A stretch of 63,552 nucleotides of DNA, filler included, from Octopus bimaculoides (lineage: Eukaryota), in the NCBI RefSeq assembly GCF_001194135.2. It is 5 parts of 4 records of this genome, joined end to end, with 100 filler letters (N's around TTAATTAATTAA, not from the genome) between each part and the next. Parts side by side here need not be neighbours in the genome. Positions count along the whole stretch, not along the records: positions 49,422 to 59,611 come from NC_068981.1; positions 59,712 to 63,552 come from NC_068993.1; 3 more parts are not named here. One strand, 5' to 3'. The notes below the pieces were generated by a model. The model had not been told where the DNA came from. It saw only the letters and a program-made list of their open reading frames with translations, and ran no database searches. Numbering within the stretch: position 1 is the first letter of the stretch; each line of letters begins with the position of its first letter. Positions 54,137 through 63,552 of the stretch are shown one piece after another. The translations under genes and the position numbers were made by a program.

Positions 54137-54869
54137 CGGTAATGAAATTGCATGAAATAGGAGGCGTAACTGTTTTCTAGGCACAGATTCTTCATGGTTT
54201 CTGCGATAGAGTCAAGGTAGGAATTAAACTTTTGTGTAAAGTTCTGTTAGTATGTGGTTATAATGCTGATTGATATATCCACAGATGAAATTTTGGCAAG
54301 CAGAAAATGATACGTATTACATTTGTGAACATTATTTATGTTTAGAACTGAAACGGTTTTTGTGGCGGATACAATGTTCAACACGTGCTGTACAGTTCAT
54401 TATTTGTGATTTGTTTTGTCACTCTGATATTTTATTATCTCAGTTACCCTAGATGACGTAGAAATCTCTCGCAATTTTAGGGGAAAACGATATGCCATCC
54501 ACTGGCACCTGGTACGGAATGGCATTTATATCAGTGGTTGAACCCGAGCGAACCAGTACGGTTAGCCTGCTTAGATATCTCTAAAGAACATGATTTTAAG
54601 ATTTTAAAATTATAATGGTGCTCATATCTAATAAAAATGTATCAAACAAAATAGATATAACTCTGCTAAAGTATACAATCATACCGTGAAACATGTCTTT
54701 TGATTATCATAAAAAAACTTGGAATATAAGAACATATCGAGTGTATAAAATTTACAGTACGTTATAGTTTCTGAAAATGATGCTGAATTACATTTTATAC
54801 GACATTTATATAACTTAGGTTTCGGCTAGTATAGCCCCAGGCCATGTATAACTTAATAGCTCCACCTGG

Positions 54870-56720
54870 TGAAGTCTTTTAGATCGTGAAGCACACCTCA
54901 GTCATGTATGTGACACACCGGCCCACTGCAGTACAGAATTATTATTGGTGGTGACATATTGCTGGTGTCGGAGGTTGGTCGGGATTTTTGGAGAAATTTG
55001 TCTAGAGAACTTTTGAATATTATGGGATCTGTTTCCGTCTTGATGTATTTTGGTATAAAATCAAAGAGAGCTGAACCGGTTAAGGCAGAGTAGTTGTGTC
55101 TTAATGTTGTAATGTTGTTATGTATCTTGAGCTTGATTTTTGCTGTGGGTGGATACCACGGGGGCCATGTCTTAGGTGGATTTTAAAATTGATACCAACA
55201 TCATTTGTGCAATATTAATGGAATATTTTCCACATCACACAAATGATGTAGCGCTCATGGTGGCATGAGATAGAGTAGACATTTTTTTTTTTAGTCGACC
55301 CAATAGTCAGTGCAAGCAGATCCGACTGAAGGCACGTTCGATTTGCCATACCGTTTATGGCCTTCTGGAGCATGGAATTATCTGCAAATATACTCAATGT
55401 AGAATGTTTGATGACATCTACTATGTCATTGAGGTAACTTACTGGACACTACTACTGACTTTCGCTGAGCTTGATCGGATTAACTCAAGCACATGTTGGG
55501 TTCTGTTCGTTAGGAAACACTTTATCCACTGCAGCAACTTTCCACGGATTCCAGTACTGAACAATTTCTTTAGCATGATTTTGTATTCCACTCTGTCAAA
55601 TGACTTGTTGAAATCAAGGTAGTTAACATCAGTATTTTAGCCTTCTAAAAGCTTTTAAAATATCATCCAAGCGGTGCAGAATTTGCGATAGGCAGTGTCT
55701 GCCATCACGGACACCATGCTTTTTGGTGTTCAGCAGATTGTTGTCTTTGAGGAAGTGAGTTATTCACGATCTCCCCACCCTCCCAAATACTTTAATGATA
55801 TGAAAGGTGTGTGAAATCGAAAGGTAGATCTGTTTCCATTTTTGAAAGCTGGAACGACAGACTGGGAAAGGATATGATCAAGAATGTAGCCTGCATCAAG
55901 TGATTTCCTCTAGAGCTCAGTTAGAGAGGGTGAAAATTGATGTCGACATATCTTCAGGAGAGTAGCCGGGAACTTCTTCCAACGTAATGCTGAGTTGTAC
56001 TTGATCTTCTTTATTTGTGTAAGGATATCAGGATCACCAAAAATATGTCAGATATAGTTAGATGTGGGTTTAGGTCACTGATACTAGCCAGATCAACACC
56101 ATTAGTATTACTGAAAACAGAGCATTACTGTTTCTGCTGTATCTCGCACATGGATTTTGCATCACTATGTACAGTGTTGTTCTCATCAACCAGAGGACCA
56201 AAATGGAGACAACGACTTTATGTTATTTTTGCAAATGAAAATAAATCTTAGGGATTGAGTTTTATTTTCCCAATGACCCAGTTCTCTTCAGCTGTTCTTT
56301 GCTTGTTAGTGATAGTCATGTTCTTTTTTTGTTTTGGTGGTTGTGTTTTTTCGATTCATGTGATCCAATGGCAGTCGAATGGGTGTTTTACTGCCGGCAG
56401 AATTTAAGCTAGCTGATTTTCTTGTTAATTATTTTTTTATTTTTCTGATAATTGCTCATTTATTTCTAGGGATTCGGCACTTAAATTTGTTTACTGATCT
56501 TAATGTGGTATGTTTTGCGTATGCATTTATTATTCTATAAATGCCTGCCATGATGTGTTTATGTTGGTGGGGGGTCCACGCGTGCGTCAAGGCCCAATCA
56601 ACCTGTGAAAGATCATGATTGATCGCATCCCATTCTGCATTATGAAGATCCATAGCGTCAAATGGATGGGCTGGAGAGACGTCATTGGGTTTGCTCTTTG
56701 GACGGTAGACTCTCAAATCA
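54870..56720 (-). mobile_element. Decayed CR1/L2-group LINE (endonuclease end, RT, C-terminus)
   Basis: YRPK...DLHNAEWDAINHDLSQVDW; DVNYLDFNKSFDRVEY; IFADN...LQSDL; GSALFDFIPKYIKTE...FKSSLDKFL; many stops. Confidence 0.78.
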
Positions 56721-59272
56721 CTGTGTATCTTTAAATGTCACTTAAAGAATTTCAAATACACAAGTTGTCTGCGTATTGCAATATCCTAGAGAATATAAAC
56801 TCTCTGACAGAAGAAATTATTATTGGTTTACTGACATATAAGCAAGTGGACTTCATACTTAATATACCCTATATATGTAATTACAAAGTGATGTGGAAAT
56901 ATTGTTCAATTCACAAAGTTTTGATAAGAATTTATGTAATGTATGATTCAATGTAGAAAAATGTGCATTCAGTATATTACGATGTTGTTAATATATTTCC
57001 ATAGTCTATGAAAATGTAATTGAACTTAAAAATTGCTATGAATGTGATAGCAAACGAAAGTGATAGCAAACCCACAAACGAAGATTTTCAACTGTTGGAG
57101 GAAGCTAATAATGCGCTGCATCAATAACAGAACAGCCTGAGTAACATAGGAATCATAGACAAAGAGCAAGAAGATATAACTGATACAAATATCTTAAATG
57201 GAAGTCTCTTTAAACAGTAACGATATGCTACTTAAAGTAACGACGGATTATCATTTCATACTAAAGATATCTCAGTTCGTAATTTAGAGTATATAGTTTT
57301 GAATAGAGATAATGAAACAAACATAATTTCGTTGAGAATCGTTTTTGTATATTTTCTTTTATTAATGCATATATTGGGAATATAAAAGTCAGGCGAACTT
57401 CTCTGATCTACAGTTCTATATATCCACATGTTCTCTATAGATTGCAGCGATTTATATAGTTGGCATGAAGACGCTTCCTAAAATATTTACGGAATGGGAA
57501 AAGTGTATAATCAGAAATAATAATTATCTATTTCCAGGAGGATATATCACATTAATATCTAAAATGCATAAAATAAGAAATATGAAATGGAGGAAATATT
57601 AAAAAACTAACAATCAAGTATGACGATATTGACGGTGATTTCTTTCATATATATCCATATTTATCTATACACTGTACGTCACTACGTTACATACATACAC
57701 ACAGGCAGACAGGCACATAAACACGTATTCGCAATCTTGGGCTTTCATTATAATGTCACTAATTATAATGTTTCATTATAATCGTCACTAAGTTTTTCTC
57801 CATTTTAATGAAGCTATTTCATATTTGTTTTTTCTTCCTTTCATACCTAACTATAGCGGCTAGATATGTTGTTACACTTAACATATTATCATTATTCTAT
57901 GTTATATAATATGCAATACGCTTGAGCTACTAAAAGCATGTTTGGAACGTAATATTGTTCCTATATACATACATAATCTAGATACATATTCATAATTGCA
58001 TTTGAATCCTATCCCACAACTTCACAAATCTTTGCATTTCATTCATTGTCAATAGCAATAAATACGATGCTACTTTCGTGTTAATAGCTGAATACATGTT
58101 GTAGTCTCTCCAATAGCGTATTTCTATATTGTGTTTATTTTCATAGCTATGGTAAAACTCAGATCATTCCATCAAAATCAATAGCAAAACAACGACAGCC
58201 GTTGATATTGTGCTACCGATCGGTCGCATATCAATCATTGCTTGTTTCAAGATGTCCTTCGCACTTGATTTACTCTACTTACACTGCCAATTCGATACTT
58301 TGCACATCATGAAATCTCTGCTGTCATATTAACGACTGCAAGTTTCATGAAGATACTTGCTACGTCGTAGCTAACCAAGCAGCGATAACAATGATAAACC
58401 AGACATTTATATTCTTCTTCTCCTATTGTATTATTGAATCTCTGCCCAGTTACGTTTCTATTCAATCTTTTCTGTTGATGTACTTATTTTTACTCATTTT
58501 CTTTCTGTTTTTTGAATGCTTATTTTTAAACGATTGGCATTCGTATTGATTCTATAAACGTTTTCAGTCTTATTTTAGAGTGAGCTTCATTAAACGTATA
58601 TTGTGTTTAGGCTTTCTTTCCTCAATAATTTTTTGTCACTATATTTATTCCTTCCAATGTATACTACCTCATCACTGCATTCACATTCCCACACTCCCTC
58701 TCTGTTCATTTTTCTCTATTTCTCTCTCTCTCTCTTTTATCTCTCTCCCCATTATCTAACATTTGTATTTTTTTCCTTTGAAATCTTTATATTTCTTCCT
58801 CACTCATCCTTAGTCATTCACTCACCCAACCTTTCTTTCTCATCTACACAAGCATACCCAAAATCACACAGCGATAAAAACAAAATACACTTCCGCATAT
58901 CTACACGACTACACATATTTATACCCAAACACACTATTCCGTTAACATTACTTAGTATTCCTTTGGTAAAACGTGATTTTATTTACTTTCGAGTAACAAA
59001 TTCCTTGCCTGAACAACATAACTGTCTATTTTCAGGCTAGAGTTCCATAATCATATTTTCGATAATTTTCATTCACATTTTCCTTTACAACAACAAGAGC
59101 AAATAGCAGATGTTCTATAATTTATTCCAAAGATGCAACAATAGCAATAGTAATTGTATATCACACACTCACTTTTTCAAATCATCTATCCTATACATGC
59201 ATATATATATATATGCACATGGTGCCCCAGCATGGCTTCAGTCTAATGACTGAAACATGTAAAAGAGATATA

Positions 59273-59312
<40 letters not shown>

Positions 59313-59611
59313 AGTAAAAATAAATACAAAAAAGGTGGGTTTTTTTGTATGATTGTGTATAGAGGAATATATTATTTTGTTTAAAAGAGTTCCAACACTG
59401 TCTGTTCTTTATGTTTTATTTATATTCCTGCAGAACTAATGTGGGGTATAGAATATGGATTATACAATATATAATATAATATACAATATACAATATAAAA
59501 TAAAATGAAATAAAAATGGATGGCACCATGAAAGAAAGTATTGAATGTAGATGAAATATTGAGTGTTCAATATAAAGGATCAAATATATAAATATATAAA
59601 TATAAATATAT

Positions 59612-59711
59612 NNNNNNNNNNNNNNNNNNNNNNNNNNNNNNNNNNNNNNNNNNNNTTAATTAATTAANNNNNNNNNNNNNNNNNNNNNNNNNNNNNNNNN
59701 NNNNNNNNNNN
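59612..59711. other. Artificial scaffold-joining linker
   Basis: N44 + TTAATTAATTAA (59656-59667) + N44. Confidence 0.95.
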
Positions 59712-59742
<31 letters not shown>

Positions 59743-59744
59743 TA

Positions 59745-59908
59745 CGACGAGCTTCTTTCAGTTTCCGTCTACCAAATCTACTCATAAGGCTTTGGTCGGC
59801 CCGAGGCTATAGTAGAAGACACTTGTCCAAGGTGCCACGCAGTGAGAATGAACCCGGAACTATGTGGTTGGTAAGCAAGCTACTTACCACACAGCGACTC
59901 CTGCGCTT
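59745..59908 (-). mobile_element. tRNA-derived SINE head copy
   Basis: Reverse complement of the 35681-35850 family. Confidence 0.78.
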
Positions 59909-60670
59909 ATAAATTTTCTTTGAAATTTTTTGTCTTATAATTTAATATTCAAATTTTTGTTGGACATGTGACTGATTAAACCAATTCGTTTTACATATAG
60001 CAAGCTGATTACGCGAGTATTTCATCCATTACCAGAGAATTTTCAGATTTAAAATTTGATATTTCAAAACAAAAATAACAATATGGTTTCCCAAATCGAG
60101 GCTAGTGACAGCTTTTGGAACAGCCATCATGGCATTATTTTCACACCACTGATTGATATGCTCGAGAGACGAATCACAAACAACAGCAACAAAAACAGCA
60201 ACAAAGGCAGCAACAGTAGTGATTATCAGGATAAAATTTAAAATGACACAAGCACCAGCGCCCTCACTTGCTTTTATGTATACTTAAATGTATTTGTTTT
60301 CCGAAATAAATTGTGCTTCATGTTTGAGGCTCTGATGAAATTGTAGGGTGTTACACAGGCACTCATCTATGAGTCCACTGCATCTTATGATGGAAATAGC
60401 TGTAAGATTTTGAAGTTAAAAAAATGATCGGTTATACCTTTGTCATCTCTTCCCTTATATATATATAGTTTATTTTTCCCCTAAGTTAAGATAAACCCCC
60501 CAAAAAGTACTTCATTCGATGAGAGATAAATATTGCATAGTGTACACAGTATATGGCTATGAACTACAAAGATCATTTCTAATTTTTGTAACCAATGAAT
60601 GTGTTTCACTAGAAATATATGTTTGTGAGAGCTTGACAGGCATCTTCAACCAACCAGCTGGTCGTGCTAC

Positions 60671-60713
60671 TTCAGGCTGATGACGAGCAAAGACTGAAAA
60701 ACATGTCCCTGAA
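60671..60713 (+). ncRNA. Putative degenerate type I hammerhead ribozyme (Penelope-like element type)
   Basis: TTCAGG-CTGATGA-cgagcaaagact-GAAA(AA)CATGT-C-CCTGAA: stem I pairs, core boxes present, palindromic stem III, GUC site; stem II weak and two extra A. Confidence 0.5.
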
Positions 60714-60933
60714 TGCAGGCTAGGCTGTGTAGAGGTGCTTGTCTCCCCCTCATAAACATAAGGACATAGGAAATGTGTCAAGGCCGACAGGAAGCGGTCC
60801 AGCTTCCTAGGGCTAAATAGCAGCAGTGTGATTCCCTTATTGGGACTCTCACGTTAAGTTGACAGTATAAACTGCTTTCTCGTAACACTGCTGCTTAAGT
60901 CTCTCTGTGAGATTCATAATTAGACCATTTCTA

Positions 60934-60971
<38 letters not shown>

Positions 60972-61448
60972 TTGTCTATATTTTTAACATACCTGTATAC
61001 GTATATACACATACATACATACATACATACATACATACATACATACATANNNNNNNNNNNNNNNNNNNNNNNNNNNNNNNNNNNNNNNNNNNNNNNNNNN
61101 NNNNNNNNNNNNNNNNNNNNNNNNNNNNNNNNNNNNNNNNNNNNNNNNNNNNNNNNNNNNNNNNNNNNNNNNNNNNNNNNNNNNNNNNNNNNNNNNNNNN
61201 NNNNNNNNNNNNNNNNNNNNNNNNNNNNNNNNNNNNNNNNNNNNNNNNNNNNNNNNNNNNNNNNNNNNNNNNNNNNNNNNNNNNNNNNNNNNNNNNNNNN
61301 NNNNNNNNNNNNNNNNNNNNNNNNNNNNNNNAGAGAGTGACTTATATTAGTGAAGGCAAGAATAGCAGTGACAATAGGATGTTGACGTTAGTAAAGCTGC
61401 CACATACACGCGTCGTTGCATATATACTTTAGATTCGGCATAGATACA

Positions 61449-61514
<66 letters not shown>

Positions 61515-62444
61515 AAAAGTGGGTGTGAGGAATACGTAGCTTTAAGGAGTGAGGGGATAGGTGACTTTTCTACTGTCCATAGCAAATAAACACTCACACA
61601 CAGACACACCCACATAATACCTATATATACATACGTACATACATGCATATATCTACAATACACCATTTTAAACTCGTGATTACCTGTGTGTACGTTTGTA
61701 ATTGTGTATGTGTGTAGGTATGTGTGTGACGTCCTATAATTGCCTGTTTCGCTGTTGCTGTGACATATTCTGAGATTTTAAAATTATGTCAAAATTTTCA
61801 AATTTGGTATATTGAAATAATTTACCATGCTAAATTCGATTTTGTTATTTATTTGTTTCTAACATCCAGCTGAATTATAGGCAAATTGGATTTTAATGAA
61901 AATCTATAATGAGCCCCTAGGGAGGGGGCTGTAGCTCATATTTATAAATTAGCTACGATAAGCTACGACACGTGACAACGCTAGATAAAATACGCGGACT
62001 ATTTGTCAATGTATTTGTAAATATATCCATTTAATATATTTCACTCAAATGCATAGGTCATGGAACAGTGCAATGGTCAACGAGAACTGGCGATGACCCC
62101 CGCTTTCCAGGTATTACCGGTCAACTCATTTATTTTACTCAGATGCATATTCATTTGTTAAAATAATACAGGGACATTTGACTAATCGTATTAATAGTTT
62201 CAAATAACTATTGTTTTTGCAATAAGCTATTACTATAAAGATTAATGAAATATTTAATGGCTTAATTACGACTAACTGATTCTAAAATTTATATATTGAT
62301 ATAAGATTGGGGATATGAATGGGAGCGGAACTAAAACAGGAAGTGAACAGGGAAAGAGATAAGACACGAAACAGTGTAATGGAAACGGGAACAGGAAATT
62401 TACCCCCTTTTTCCGGGTAATTCAGCTAGAATATACATTTGTAT

Positions 62445-62507
<63 letters not shown>

Positions 62508-62767
62508 CATATCTATATAGATTCAGATGAATATGTTACTTAAGTTGAGGCACCAGAATTTAGTATGGTATCATCAATACAATTTGAAAATAGGGTGATT
62601 AAAATCAAAATAAGCAACAAGGGTGGCCTAGTATATAAAAAATCTGAAAATTCAGAAAAATTGTATTACATGTGTATGAGAAGGGATGACCACTAAGTGG
62701 ACATCCTATATGCTAGAAAGAGGTCATCAACTACCCAACCACAAAGAAAAATAATGTTCTCCCTTCT

Positions 62768-62807
<40 letters not shown>

Positions 62808-63029
62808 TGTATATATATTAGTTTATGCATATATTAATATTATCTTGGTTGAAAAGACTTCGATCATGTAAATATGTTAATAGTTACTAGGGTAGCAAAA
62901 AATTATACAAAAACTGGGATATCATACCTGGTTATTGGGTAGAAATTCCATGTTAAAGNNNNNNNNNNNNNNNNNNNNNNNNNNNNATATATATAATTTT
63001 TATATTTGGGTATACTCCTTGTAGTATGC

Positions 63030-63320
63030 TGTTTAAAGCCCGTTCACATTATTTGGCTACCTGATGCCCTCAGCAGTATTGTTGGATATGCCACTGGATT
63101 CACTTCAGGAATAGATCAGAGAGGGAAAGGGGAATTCTGGAGACTCATTTCTTTCAATGTCGATCAAGGCTCAATTACTCTGGACTGGCTATGTCATCAG
63201 AATTACTGACACCCATGTACCCAGACAGCTGTTGTACAGCTAACTCAATCAGAGCTCATGCAATCGAAGAAGACCCAATCTGAGGTAAACAACACTCTGA
63301 AAAACAACCTCAAATGGAGC
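63030..63320 (+). mobile_element. RTE LINE 3' fragment
   Basis: Frameshifted LDWL.HVIR..DTHVPRQLLYS.L..SSCNRRRPNLR. Confidence 0.65.
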
Positions 63321-63552
63321 GGCATAAATATTTTCAATTGATATTTTTTTGTCAAATATTTAAGCAGATATGTCTATCTGATGAAGCATCATTACATATT
63401 TAAACGGATTTTATTATTCTTGAAACACTTCATTTTATTAATGAAGCGGAAACAGCTGTAATTTATGAGATGTGTCATTTGTTTGTATGAGATACAAATA
63501 TTGAATTGAATTAATAATTGTTCAATTTGTTGTTTTGTTTTCCTTTTCTTAT

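Noticed and set aside
58603-59040. 145-aa hydrophobic ORF
   Set aside because: Pyrimidine-rich low-complexity sequence with a non-ATG start

Overview
AT-rich, microsatellite- and transposon-dense eukaryotic DNA. The SINE families, RTE LINEs with (GAT)n tails and microsatellite-flanked gaps resemble coleoid cephalopod (Octopus-like) genomes; this is an inference from pattern recognition, not a database hit. The window is not one locus. Four identical 100-bp linkers (N44-TTAATTAATTAA-N44) split it into five segments: 1-4972, 5073-24367, 24468-49321, 49422-59611 and 59712-63552. The only well-supported host gene is a partial UBAP2/UBAP2L (Lingerer) orthologue on the minus strand of segment 3. 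It has 8 GT-AG exons (45309 to 26370) with fully consistent phases, about 572 codons, and lacks both ends. Its introns hold a nested stack (RTE LINE, interrupted by a Gypsy LTR element, itself interrupted by CR1/RTE fragments), a decayed TIR-bounded mariner, maT/mariner fragments and a 681-bp foldback element with an 8-bp TSD and a TTAGGG-containing loop. Other points of note are a PHD-type zinc finger inside RTE ORF2, a Penelope-type hammerhead-like motif at 60671-60713 and tandem PBS-like repeats in the 5' LTR. I found no evidence of a new multi-gene system; most ORFs in the supplied track are microsatellite, N-gap or TE artefacts.
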